Below, in pieces: positions 12,453 to 24,300 of a DNA stretch of 64,000 nt (positions are counted from its first letter, which is position 1; every line of letters starts with the position of its first letter). Position numbers and translations under genes: made by a program. The notes beneath the pieces are model-generated. The model was not told where the DNA came from and ran no database searches. It was given only the letters and a program-made list of their open reading frames with translations. Origin of the DNA: Phoronis australis (Eukaryota; Animalia; Phoronida); contig NMRA01000229.1 of assembly GCA_002633005.1 (NCBI GenBank), positions 543,505 to 607,504 on the forward strand. The letters run 5' to 3'.

Positions 12453-15066
12453 TCGTGTTTAAACCATTTAATCAACTCAACTATTTGTTATATGCTCTTA
12501 AATTTTGGTAGTTCAGATGCTTATATCGGACCATCATTGACCACTTCCAAAACTGGGAGTATATGTTTAAAAGCAAGAAAGTGGGCTTTTTAGGTTTCCT
12601 ATTTTTTCAAGCTTCATCCAATTTTGTTTTTCATATTTTCATGATGCATGTTCTTTACCCCTTTCCCCTCCCCTTGAGTAAACGTAATATAGGTACTATA
12701 AACTATATTAACTGGTCTTCATTCCGCGGTGATATGTCGCTGGCGCATATTCCGCTTTTAGGTAGAGGCCAACAAGCGGAAGGGTACCAGAAAGGAAAAG
12801 ATGCCCTTTCCGAGTATAGGATCTCGAGCTAACTATCAATTAGTGCTGGCAAGAGAAAAGCAATAGTATAGAAATACGAAAACACTTTATATTTGAATAG
12901 TAATTACAGAATCCCCGTCAACCTTTTCCGTCACTGTCGGTTAGTTGTCACTGCTTCACAGTGTTCAGTTACTAAACAGATATCTTGCGCCTTCTATCGG
13001 AATTTTTGGAACTCATCCACGTGAAGTTAAGGTGCATTTCGCCGGGATCTCGTCCAAAATTACACTAACATTTGAATGTAAGGGATTCTAGGGTAATTGT
13101 GTGCTTGTGTGGAGGTTACATTTGCAACTGACCCAGGTTCGCACATGTTGACCACAACGGTAAGATATTACGTCAAATTTGCGGGTTTTCGACGGAAGTG
13201 AACTTATGTGCATGCGCATACATGTATAATGGTGCCAATTCTAAGGAATTTTAAGAAAAATACTGATTTTACCCAACCCAGAATGGATGCTAGGGAAGAT
13301 TTTAATCATGTAACGGAATTGCAGAGTGATATTGACAATACATATAACAAAATATGCAGCCTGATTAATAAACGAAATCGCAGTATTCATGAAATGCAAT
13401 TTGAACTTATCGGCGAAAAGTGAAAAGAGTTTAATGGCTAAACATCATTTTGGGCCGACGAATCACAACACTTTTGGAACAGCTGGAGAAAAAAACGGAA
13501 ACGAGTGTAAACCTTCAGGAAAGAATTGCACAATTGGAGCCCAAAATGCTGGCGGAAAAGTAAGCAACTAATATTTATTTCGGCTGAGTAGTGGAGGGCA
13601 AACTGTTCTGAGTTTTATATCTCGTGATGACAAATTGGTCAATGATGTTAAATCAATTTTGTCAGATGCAGAGAATCCATTCTGTCACCCGGAGTATCTG
13701 ACAATCGCCCATCAATTGTCAAGAGTTTTCTGGAAAAAAAAATTCGTTTGCAGAGGTGACTGATCTTGTATTTATACTTAAAAGGGAAAAAGCAACCGGT
13801 ATTGATGGAATTCCCTAGTGATGTTTAAAAATAATAACCTGGTTTAATTTTAGTGAAATGATTTAATTTGACTGGATCGCTAGCGTTCTCAACTACAAAA
13901 TCAAATATCTCTGTCCCGACTGCCTTCTAAAGTTGAACAGGAATTCTTGAAACTAAATCGGGATTTCGTGTTCAAACCATTTAAGCAACTCAATAAATGC
14001 TCTTAATTTTAAGTTGTTTGGATGCTTACAACGGCCAACGTCGATCACTTCCAAAACTGGGGCGTATAGGCTTGAAGGCAAGAAAACAGGCTTATTAAGT
14101 TTCCTATTTTTCCATTCTTCATCCTATTTTTATTTTTATTTTTCATGTTTTATGTTTTGCATTTTTTCTGTACCCCCTTGCCCCCCAGGATTGAATGTAA
14201 TATACAACTGTAGGAACTCTATATTACATTAACTGGACCTCATTCCATGTCGATATGTCATTGGCGCAGGTTCCGCTTACAGGCCGAGGCCAACAAACGG
14301 AAAATAGAAAGGGGTACTGGAAAGGAAAATATGCGATTCCGAGTATAGAACCTCGGGTTACTAACCAATATTACCGGTAAGAGAAAAACAATTGTATAGT
14401 GATGTGAAAAATTTTATATTTGAATAGTTGTTTCAGAAGCACCGTCACTCTCTTCCGTAATTGTCGGTGGATTGGCCACTGCTTCACAGTGTTCCGCTAT
14501 TAAGCAGACATCTCGCGCCTTCTATCGGAAATTTCGGAACTCGTCCACGTGAAGTGAATGTGCATTTCGCCGGGATCTCGTCCAAAACTGCATTTAACAT
14601 TTGAGAGTAAAGTGTTCTAAGGTAACTTGTGTGCTTGTGTGGAGGTTACTATGGCAACTGACCCAAGTTCACACATGATGACCACAACAGTAAGTTATTA
14701 GGTCAAATTTGCGGGTTTTCGACGGAAGTGGACTTTGCTTATCTGCATGTACCTGTAACTGTGCCAATTCCGTGGAATTTTATGAAAAATGCTGATTTTA
14801 CCCAACCCAGAATGGATGCTAAGGAGGATTTTAATCATGTAACGGAATTGCAGAGTGATATTGACAATACATATAACAAAATATGCAGCCTGATTAATAA
14901 ACGAAATGCCAGTTTTCTTGAAATGCAATTTGAACTGTTCGGCTAAAACTAAATGAGTTTTAGGCTAAATGCCATTTTGGGGTGACGAATCACAGCACTT
15001 TGGAACGGCGGAAGTAAAAACGGAAACAAGTGTAAATCTTCAAGACAGAATTCCACAATTTGAGCC
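12453..15066 (+). repeat. Old local duplication: 12453-13541 vs 13966-15066
   Basis: Colinear, diverged copies about 1.5 kb apart, with shared blocks such as ccacgtgaagt..tgcatttcgccgggatctcgtccaaaa and tcaaatttgcgggttttcgacggaagtg. Confidence 0.85.
13200..13870 (+). mobile_element. LINE (non-LTR retrotransposon) ORF2 remnant
   Basis: Broken frames read ELQSDIDNTYNKICSLIN and LKREKATGIDGIP (cf. LKxxKAxGxDGI upstream of RT). A PFW-like motif is present in the duplicate copy near 14970. Confidence 0.55.
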
Positions 15067-16121
15067 AATGCTATATTGCTGTGCACTCCACAAAAAAGCT
15101 TTTATTAGATTTTTTTCGTTTCTAAAGTTGCCAGGGACCTTTTTCTCGAATGCCTTTTGAGTTCAAATGAAAGCCAGAAGTCTTGAGGAGACTACGGATA
15201 GCCAAGATTTGTTGTTTTTTTTTTTGTCTTTTGCGTTTCTCAAAACGTTTTACCCGTCTTCTGTGTTGTCCCGCAGAATACAGGTTTTTGTCTTTTGACT
15301 TAGAGTTGTAGACAGATTTACTGGCTTTCAGTCATAACCTGTTTTCGTGAACTTACAACCTAAGTCACCCGAAGACGAATTTTAAACTAATAGTCTAGTC
15401 GAAAAATGGCCTTCCGTGCACCCCCGGACTTCAATTTGTAAGTTTAANCGTGGAATTTTATGAAAAATGCTGATTTTACCCAACCCAGAATGGATGCTAA
15501 GGAGGATTTTAATCATGTAACGGAATTGCAGAGTAATATTGACAATACATATAACAAAATATGCAGCCTGATTAATAAACGAAATGCCAGTTTTCTTGAA
15601 ATGCAATTTGAACTGTTCGGCTAAAACTAAATGAGATTTAGGCTAAATGCCATTTTGGGGTGACCAATCACAGCACTTTGGAACGGCGGAAGTAAAAACG
15701 GAAACAAGTGTAAATCTTCAAGACAGAATTCCACAATTTGAGCCAATGCTATATTGCTGTGCACTCCACAAAAAAAAGCTTTTATTAGATTTTTTTTCGT
15801 TTCTAAAGTTGCCAGGGACCTTTTTCTCGAATGCCTTTTGAGTTCAAATGAAAGCCAGAAGTCTTGAGGAGACTACGGATAGCCAAGATTTGTTTGTTTT
15901 TTGTTTGTCTTTTGCGTTTCTCAAAACGTTTTGCCCGTCTTCTGTGTTGTCCCGCAGAATACAGGTTTTTGTCTTAGAGTTGTAGACAGATTAACTGGCT
16001 TTCAGTCATAACCTGTTTTCGTGAACTTACAACCTAAGTCACCCGAAGACGAATTTTAAACTAATAGTCTAGTCGAAAAATGACCCTCCGTGCACCCCCG
16101 GACTTCAATTTGTAAGTTTAA
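14771..16121 (+). repeat. Near-identical tandem copies 14771-15447 / 15449-16121 joined by a single N (probable assembly overlap)
   Basis: The copies differ by a few SNPs and homopolymer indels. The N at 15448 sits exactly at the junction. Confidence 0.85.
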
Positions 16122-17288
16122 TTTTTATGAAGGAATATATGTGTGAAAACACAAAATGATGTTAACAAACCGAAAAATGTCCCTTGCATGTGTTTTATGC
16201 AAATTAGTGCCGCCATTACCAATTTTGCGTTATTTTGCAATATATCGCCTACTATTTCATATAATTGAAAGAACTACATGTAAATGTTGGACTTATGTTT
16301 TGTGGGTCAAACATTACATTAGAGCAACAAGTAAATAATACAAGCCATCTTGAACATACATGTAGCACAGGTATACAACACTCCACACATGGAGCAGAAC
16401 TACTGTGTGGGGCTTGAAAATCTTCTAGTTTTGTCCAAATTCAAGACTTTGATGTTGACCCATCCATGAACAAACTGTGATATTGCAGTCAAAAGCTTTA
16501 GAATTAAAAAAACACCTTGAATACAAATTAATATCAAAATATACAAATGGACTGTTTACATGTATGTCAATCATTGCGAATCCAATGCTGGGGTCAGGGA
16601 AAATAAGACTTGTCTACATTCGAAATTAAGACAGCTATCGAGGCAAGTATAAAAATCATCCCTATAAGAAAACAATGAGGTCGAAACTTATCTACTGACA
16701 TCAAAGAACACCCTCTACCCATATCCATTCTCCATTCAGACTCTATAAATGAACATGGCGATTTTACAATCTTCAACAATGTTAGAGGAACAGCTAGCGA
16801 AAAACTGCAGCAGCTTCATGAAATTGGGGACAAACGTCTCCAACAGCCATATGATTCTCCACATTGTACACTGACAGCCCGTGTGTGATTAAATTCCTTC
16901 TGTTCTTTCAAGTGAATTGAAAGAAAATGGGTTATCACAGAAAAAGCTATTAACATTTTACTGCCAAACTTCACCGCTTGGGGAACAGTGAGGGCCCAGA
17001 GGCACCAAGCTCCCAAGTGCACCATTCGCCGCATAAACTATCAACATCATGCACCATCGTGGTTACTTTCCCACCTGAGTGCATTTTCTGCAGCAAAACT
17101 GAAACCAAGGATGGCAGCCATGTTCACAAGAAAATGTAATAATAGCTGAGCTAATATGAATTAATGTATTAAGAGACTTCTTTTTTTAAAAATTTCTTTT
17201 CATTTCTCCACAAGCGTGTGAGGTATATCATTTTGTTGCCAAGTATCAAGCTTATAGCTGTCCCAGATTCACGTTTCTTGTTAAATCC

Positions 17289-17743
17289 GGATTGTTCTAA
17301 AGACCCCTCGACCCCCACCCTACAGACGACCCCCTCGACCCACGACCTCCTCGACCCACGGCACACAACACCCTCGACCCAGTTTAAACAAGCCGATTCG
17401 ATCTGAACATAGAACCAACACTGTCTAACAGGACCATCGAGTCACGTTAACGTACTCTCTCCCTAAGTTTAGTAGAACAAGGGAAGTGGCAGCTACTCGG
17501 GGAACTATTTCCATGACAACAATAGCACGCTCACAATCGGCTATATCACATCATGTTCTTACGCCACTGTCTTTTTAACTACTAGAGCTACATGTAGATC
17601 TGATTATCGCGTAGGTATGTCTTATGAGAATGTAACTCAGACATGTAAAATGATTATGAAATTTGTAACAAGCGCAGATGCATCTATTGCCTCAGGTCGT
17701 GGGGGTTGTGGGTCGTGGGGGTCGGGAGGGTTTAGAACAATCC
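17289..17743. mobile_element. MITE with 9-bp TSD (Mutator/MULE-like)
   Basis: TIR ggattgttctaaa / tttagaacaatcc. The same gttaaatcc flanks both sides (17280-17288, 17744-17752). Subterminal cccctcgacc/cccacgacc repeats are mirrored as ggtcgtgggg at the other end. Confidence 0.8.
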
Positions 17744-17805
17744 GTTAAATCCCAGACACTGGGTTAGCCATTGAACATGCCAGAACTCATGAAGGTCTGT
17801 CTGAT

Positions 17806-18545
17806 TGTTAGAATATGGTCTGACAGTATTTTTAGTTGTATTGTTTTGTTTTGTTATTCTATGTGATTGGCATGACCTCTGAGTTAAGTACAGTGATGAT
17901 GTAATTTGTTTACTTCAAAATAGTGTAGAACTTTCTAGAAGACTGAGGTCAGAACAGTGATGATGTAATTTGTTTACTACAGTATAGTGTGGAACTTTCT
18001 AGAAGACTCTAGCATGACAGTGATTAATGCAGTGTGGAATATTCTAGAGGCTAGTATATGTTTGTAGAATGGTTGGGTAGATTCAGGAAAGTCCTAGAAT
18101 GTGCTTGAATTGATGAAAAGTTCCAGAACAATGCATTAGGCTATAAATACACAAGCACGTGTTTGTGTTAGGCAGATCAAGTCAGATAATCAGCAGTTCA
18201 AGAAAGTTAATCAGGAGAACAACAGTTAAGTTGCAGTGAAGAGAATCAGCAGTTACAGCGATAGTCAATAGAGAGCCACCTATAGAGACAGCAGGTTATT
18301 GAATCGACGAGTGTAATAGATGCTGAACGTGTTTCAGAAGTTCATCACAAGTCAAGGCTTCGCAGCATTGGCTGGAGCATAAACAGACATTACGTCGGAC
18401 GTTTTGTTTGAGTAGGCTTGTGAACGTACGGTCGGGATTAATAAAGGATTAACTCGAACCAGCCTTCAGTCAATCGTCGCACTGAAAGCTATTAGCACCC
18501 GTCTGTAACAACCTGCGCCCACCCACACACGGGGAAAACGTGACA
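17806..18545 (+). repeat. 5' LTR (740 bp)
   Basis: Starts tgttagaatatggtc and ends aaaacgtgaca. Contains a TATAAA and an AATAAA. Direct repeat of 19386-20065. Confidence 0.93.
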
Positions 18546-18547
18546 AT

Positions 18548-18565
18548 TGGCGAGCACGCCAGGAG
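18548..18565 (+). promoter_or_regulatory. Primer-binding site, probably tRNA-Arg
   Basis: TGGCGAGCACGCCAGGAG lies 2 nt after the 5' LTR. It closely resembles the reverse complement of the 3' end of metazoan tRNA-Arg(ACG) (TGGCGAGCCAGCCAGGAG, recalled rather than searched). Confidence 0.7.
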
Positions 18566-18623
18566 CTTACTGACGTGTGTGACAAGGTGTGATAAAGTGG
18601 ACTGTTGGAATTAGCAACTCACT

Positions 18624-19136
18624 ATGGAGACAAGATCTCAACTAAGGGAGTTAATGGCCCTCAGACAAGAAATGGGTCTGCAGGGGAAGCAACTCCAAAA
18701 GTCAGCAGCGGTCATCCACCGAGGTTCTCAGAGTAAGGATTCGGTGAAGCATGCTAACCCTGAACGCGCCTTCAAAGGAAAGCTGCGTCTGAAGGAGGGG
18801 TATATTGGCATGAAGACGGTCTCAGTGTTGAGACACACAGGCTGCACGACAATTGTGGTTCGATCCAGTCTAGTCGAACCAGGAGATATGACCTGCCGGA
18901 AGTGGTCATGCAAGTTGGCGGACTCTACCAAGAGATGGCTGCCTGTCGCAAAATTCAGCATCAAGACACCGTACTACACAGGAGAAGTGTTTGCGATGTG
19001 TATGGAGCGTCCAGTGGCCGATTTGATTATCGGGGACGTGCCTGGCGCCTTGGACCCAGGCGATGTTGAGCAACAGCAGAGAGCAACAACTGCCAACGAG
19101 GACGATATAGGCAATGGCCTGGTTGAGGGTCCGTAA
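18624..19136 (+). CDS. Gag N-terminus fused in frame to a retroviral-type aspartic protease (catalytic Asp replaced by His)
   Basis: 170-aa ORF. It has a Gag-like start (LRELMALRQEMGLQGKQLQ) and Gypsy protease motifs VLRHTGCTTIVVR (cf. LRDTG), TPYYTGEV and DLIIGDVPG. Confidence 0.75.
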   Translation: METRSQLRELMALRQEMGLQGKQLQKSAAVIHRGSQSKDSVKHANPERAFKGKLRLKEGYIGMKTVSVLRHTGCTTIVVRSSLVEPGDMTCRKWSCKLADSTKRWLPVAKFSIKTPYYTGEVFAMCMERPVADLIIGDVPGALDPGDVEQQQRATTANEDDIGNGLVEGP

Positions 19137-19385
19137 TATGACTCTCAAAAGGGTACGACTTCCCAAGAGAAGAACCCAGTGACCTCAACTCTAGAGGGAG
19201 AAGAGGTGGCCGACAAGTCGGTAGGAACAGATCCTGATGAATCCAGCAGGGAAACGGTAGCAGTGACTACCAGGGCTCAAGCAGAGTCTGCAAGTCAGGG
19301 AGCACTCTAGCGGCGGATATAGTAGATTTTATATATATGCTAGATGATTTTGTGTTAGGTAATTTTCTGTTTGGCAGGGGTTTGT

Positions 19386-20065
19386 TGTCAGAATATGGTC
19401 TGACCGTATTTTTAGTTGTATTGTTTTGTTTTGTTTTGTTATTCTGTTTGATTGGCATGACCCCTGAGTTAAGTACAGTGATGATGTAATTTGTTTACTA
19501 CAAAATAGTGTGGAACTTTCTAGAAGACTCTAGCATGACAGTGATTAATGCAGTGTGAAATATTCTAAAGACTAGTACATGTTTGTAAAATGGTTGGGTA
19601 GATTCAGGAAAGTCCTAGAATGTGCTTGAATTGGTGAAAAGTTCCAGAACAATGCATTAGGCTATAAATACACAAGCACGGGTTTGAGTTAGGCAGATCA
19701 AGTCAGATAATCAGCAGTTCAAGAAAGTTAATCAGGAGAACAACAGTTTAGTTGCAGTGAAGAGAATCAGCAGTTACAGCGATAGTCAATAGAGAGCCAG
19801 CTATAGACAGCAGGTTATTGAATAGACGAGTGTAACAGTTTCTGAACGTGTCTCAGAAGTTCATCACAAGTCAAGGCTTCGCAGCATTGGCTGGAGCATA
19901 AACAGACATTACGTCGGACGTTTTGTTTGAGTAGGCTTGTGAACGTACGGTCGGGATTAATAAAGGATTAACTCGAACCAGTCTTCAGTCAATCGTCGCA
20001 CCGAAAGCTATTAGCACCGGTCTGTAACAACCTGCGCCCACCCACACACGGGGAAAAACGTGACA
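19386..20065 (+). repeat. 3' LTR (680 bp)
   Basis: Starts tgtcagaatatggtc and ends aaaacgtgaca, followed by TSD ctgat. Confidence 0.93.
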
Positions 20066-20671
20066 CTGATATCTGTGCCCCCTAGTCTTGGAACACCAGA
20101 CCAACAAATCCTCCATTTCGCATTATCTTCTGAACAAAATTTCGCCAGAAGACTTTCATTATCCTGAGGATGTTCTGTTCATCCAAGATGGTTTTGCACT
20201 TCTCCACGCGTTTGCTAATCTCCTTCCAACATGTGGTAATTTTGCAGTTCAGAGAAGGTAATTTTGGATGGACCAGCTACACAAAAGCCGTATGACTTCA
20301 AAATTTTTCTTGCAAACGGTGACAACAAAAAGCAACTCTGTCAATTGTTATTGCATGTCTGGAGTGATGAGAAGGCAGTTTCCAGGTTGGAGAAAAGCGA
20401 GATGGACATCCTGATTGTAGACGGGTATCCATTATTCTTTTTTTCTGAACAGAACATTTGAACATTTTTACTTAACTAATTTGCGATGTCATAACGTAAT
20501 AATAAAAGTGATTTGTTGTTCATACTCAGGAGATCCCACATATCTACAGTAACTAATAAGAGACTGACTTAAGAATTGTTTTGTACCTCCAGTACGCTGC
20601 TCACTTGGGTACAGAAACGACGTCGGCAGAATCCCTGACACTGGTGCCTTTGTCATTCCGCTGCAGGCACG

Positions 20672-20755
<84 letters not shown>

Positions 20756-21300
20756 AGATACAGGGTCTGGAAAACATCGGTGACTGCTGAATCTCTCCGA
20801 CATGGCAAAACCCTTCGGAAAAGACTACATGGATTTTATGAAAACATTGGAGAAGATTGCACCAATGCGTTTAAACGTAAAGGAAAGGTTGACCCCCTCA
20901 AAAAGCTAGAACATAATCCAAAATTTCACCGTGCATTCAGGCAACCTGACGTTGATTGGGATGTAATTTGGAAGAGTTCAACTGCCTCATGTATGGTCAG
21001 AGTCGTGAGTCATCGATAGATGCTACTCGTGCCAATATGTTACGCAAAATGGTTGGTGAAGATGAAGTCCTCACAAGTCCAAGATTGACCTTGCTCGACT
21101 TCCCCCGTGCCAGACTGCACTGAAACGTCACATCCAACGAGTAAATCACCGCATCACCTTGTACCAGCGTGCTTGAGAAACCGTAACTGAGCAGCTAAGA
21201 CGAAGGACAAGGGTGGATGCAGACTGACGAAAGGGTTGTTACAAGCTGTGTGATCGTGTGGTCCTATCTTACCAAGCTTACTGATTGATTTCTTGCTCAC
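20066..21300 (+). pseudogene. Decayed Academ transposase, XPG-like nuclease region (continues from 17765-17805 across the LTR insertion)
   Basis: Broken frames read VPPSLGTPD, LFIQDGFALLH, DFKIFLANGDNKKQLCQLLL, ETDLRIVLYLQYAA, GEDCTNAFKRKGK and LARLPPCQTALKRHIQRVNH. There are many stops and frameshifts, and a (TA)n insertion. Confidence 0.75.
20673..20752. repeat. (TA)n microsatellite
   Basis: About 40 perfect TA units inside the Academ fossil. Confidence 0.98.
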
Positions 21301-24300
21301 CAATGTTTGTGAAGTGGACAAAGAAGAGGAAAGAGGAGGGTTGTGTAGAAGTTTCACGGAAAGTAATGAATGTGACATGGAGTCAGTGACATCAACACGT
21401 AGCGATTGTCCATATTTCTGCATCCATTTCCCCTAGTTTTTTATACTTGAGATATTTAAAACATTTGTTGAAATTTGGCTCATTAAAGAGCTGATTACAT
21501 AGACACTGAAAGTTGCACATTTAGTGTTTATATTGGCTTATGTACACTTTCAATGTAGTATTGACTGTAAGTAACCGTATAATACAAATTAGATGTAATA
21601 GATTATGAAGAAAATTATTCCATTACAATTGATCCTCAAAATATCGGTTTTACACTTGATTTGTTCACTTACTAGAATAAGAAAGTGAGATATCGTCAAA
21701 TAACAAAAAATCGGTAAAAGCGGCACTAATTTGCATAAAAACGCACATGGGACACTTTTTTCGGCTTCTTAACATCTTTTTATGGTTTTCACACATATTT
21801 TACATTGCAAAACTGCAACTTAAAAGTTGAAGTCCGAGGGGTGCACGGGGGACATTTTTCGACTCAGCTATAAAGTCTAAAGACAAAATGTAATACGCTC
21901 GATAAATAGACCATCGGTGCAGCTGGTAATGGTTCCGTTTTAACGGAACGAACATGGAATAATTCACAATATCCATACCGCGTCGCAGCGTTCGGAACAC
22001 ACAGACCCAGAACTTGGGGATAATGAAAATCAGGCAATCAGAACGAGGCGCATACATGTACACGTAGGTAGCACTTCACACTGTGTGAGTGCAAGAACGC
22101 CAACCTCATAACGCAACACATTAACTCAGGAATACTACATGACCGGCTGCAGGAGTCGAATAATAGTGTGAACCGACGGCAAATAATGATAAGAGGCCAA
22201 GGTTACTGAATCGCACGCATGGCAAAATTTGGCAAATTTCGGAACATCGTATCTAAAAAACAGCTGATTAGATTCACAAGAAACTTTTAAATATTACTTC
22301 AAATATTACGTTTTATGTCCTGTTCTTCAAAACAGTGTTAGGAATTATTTTCAAAAAATTCTTTTTCTCATGAAAGACTGTCAAAAAGTAGGAATTTTAC
22401 GATTTTCATGAAAAAATTAAAGTTGCATAAAACGAAAATAAAATATTTTTTGAGATCTTACCTTGAACATCTAGATCACATAAAATTGGATCATGTCATT
22501 GGCACCTTTCCTTTTCATCAAATTTTTACTAAAAACCTATAGTCATGAAACTCAAGTAAGAATGGACTAGTAAAAAGTCAAAAATCATATCTTCCAGGCA
22601 TTCTACTTTCAGAAAATAAATACTTCTATCTAGTTAAAATCTATGGTTTTGTACATACATGTTCTTGGCTGAATAGACAGACTTGCCAACAAAGTCTTCC
22701 ATACGTGTACACGTAACCTTCGGTGTTGCCTTTGCATTCAGTTCACTTATTAAGAGCTTTAAACTGATGAACATAAAGGAAAGGGTGTCTTCATAGGCAA
22801 TGTTACTGAACCCCTGAACCTAAGCTGCTTAAAGCAGACGCTTTGTGGTTCGTTTTTTGACAATTATCTTTTTTCTTAAAACCATGTTTTCCTTCCTCAC
22901 GGCCAGAATTTCTAAAGTAATATATGAAATTGTGTGGAATTTTCTGAACACCTGCATGTATGAAGCAATTAAATAGTAATTATCTTCTAGTAGTTAGGTT
23001 GACTTTGTCAAAAGAGGTCCACTCTCAGCTCAAAGAAGATTCGAAGTAGTATTTCTTACAGAACTTATTCACCAACGAGGAGGCGGCAGCCGTCTCGAAG
23101 GCACAACCTGGCACAGTGCATGAGAACATGACTTGGGTTGTTGACGACAGTTTCGTTTGAGTAGCACACCAGATTTCCCCTGAATGAACGCAAAAGTTAA
23201 TTTGAACACCATGCCAATAAAAATCTGTAGGGCGATTTTGTTCATGACTGCAAAACCAACAAGTCTCGGCGACGATGACTCGTTTCAAGAGCAATTTATC
23301 TCTGTAAGTGTTGTCGTTGGGTTGATTTCAAAAGTGATGTTAAATCACGTGACTATAGGAAAGAGTGATACAGTATCGATTATTACAAAAGTGGCAAATT
23401 TCGATGCGTTCGTTAAAATTTCATGATGCCATCAAAATGAATTATTAAATGTCACAGTGCGAGACGAGACACGTAGGTGATTGAACTGTGGGCCAAAACA
23501 CGAAATGACACTACATGTTGTCTTATAGATGTGTTCACCTAGATGCGCGCTTAAGTCCTTCTTTGCTGTTTTATGGAGATGTCAAGGCATGTTGACGGCA
23601 CGTGTTTGCCTTCATCTGTGATAACTTTTAGAGGATTTTTTACGTGATTGTGTGATACAGCCAGGGAAAAATGATACCTGCCCACACTTTTAGTGAGTCA
23701 GTGGGATGAACCCCCCCCCCCACTTGTTGGGTTTGTAAGATTAAAGTGACTCCTTTTGCTGGGACCTTTCATGAAGGCACCCTTTCCCGCTTTCCAAAAT
23801 GGTGTTCTCTCGTCGCCACAATAAGTGGCGCAAGTGCAAATCGGGCACTATGGAGTGCCGACAATACCGTCGCTTCAGCGGGTACCAGAAATAAGTTTCT
23901 CAGTCTGCGATTGGCTCATGGTGGTTTTTCATTGCAATACAAATACATGTATACAAGTTGGACAATATAATAATACCACATAGACTTAGCCCAGAAAACG
24001 AATCATGGTATTTTGGCTTATATTTATATATATATGCACACATCGATAAACTATTCGCTAAAAACACAATAATAAACAATAACAGAAAGAAAATAATGTA
24101 ATCAATAAAATATACGGAAATAAAGGAATGCAAGGAAAACAAAAAGCTGAACATATCGTAGAATTTAAATCACTTGCTTACTATGAAATTTAAAAATGAA
24201 AACACTACGATTTTGGGATAACAAAATAGTACATTTATAATCTAAGTTGTGGTAACCACTTTATAAAAATTGAGTTTCACATTATTATCTCTTCCTGTTA

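Larger units (their letters stand above)
17806..20065 (+). mobile_element. Non-autonomous Ty3/Gypsy-type LTR retrotransposon (internally deleted)
   Basis: LTRs at 17806-18545 and 19386-20065 (TG...CA, highly similar). 5-bp TSD CTGAT (17801-17805, 20066-20070). PBS tggcgagcacgccaggag from 18548 and a purine-rich ggcagggg just before the 3' LTR. The internal region is only ~840 bp. Confidence 0.95.
16065..21870 (+). mobile_element. Academ-type (XPG-domain) DNA transposon, decayed, with nested insertions
   Basis: ~55-bp imperfect TIRs (tagtctagtcgaaaaatgaccctccgtgcacccccggacttcaa... / ...ttgaagtccgaggggtgcacgggggacatttttcgactcagcta). TAG...CTA termini, 3-bp TSD TAA (16062-16064, 21871-21873). 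Internal broken frames carry XPG/PIN-like motifs. Confidence 0.85.

Noticed and set aside
23025-23294. ORF containing CTVPGC (zinc-finger-like)
   Set aside because: The remaining His/Cys ligands are not in a recognisable spacing and there is no exon signal.
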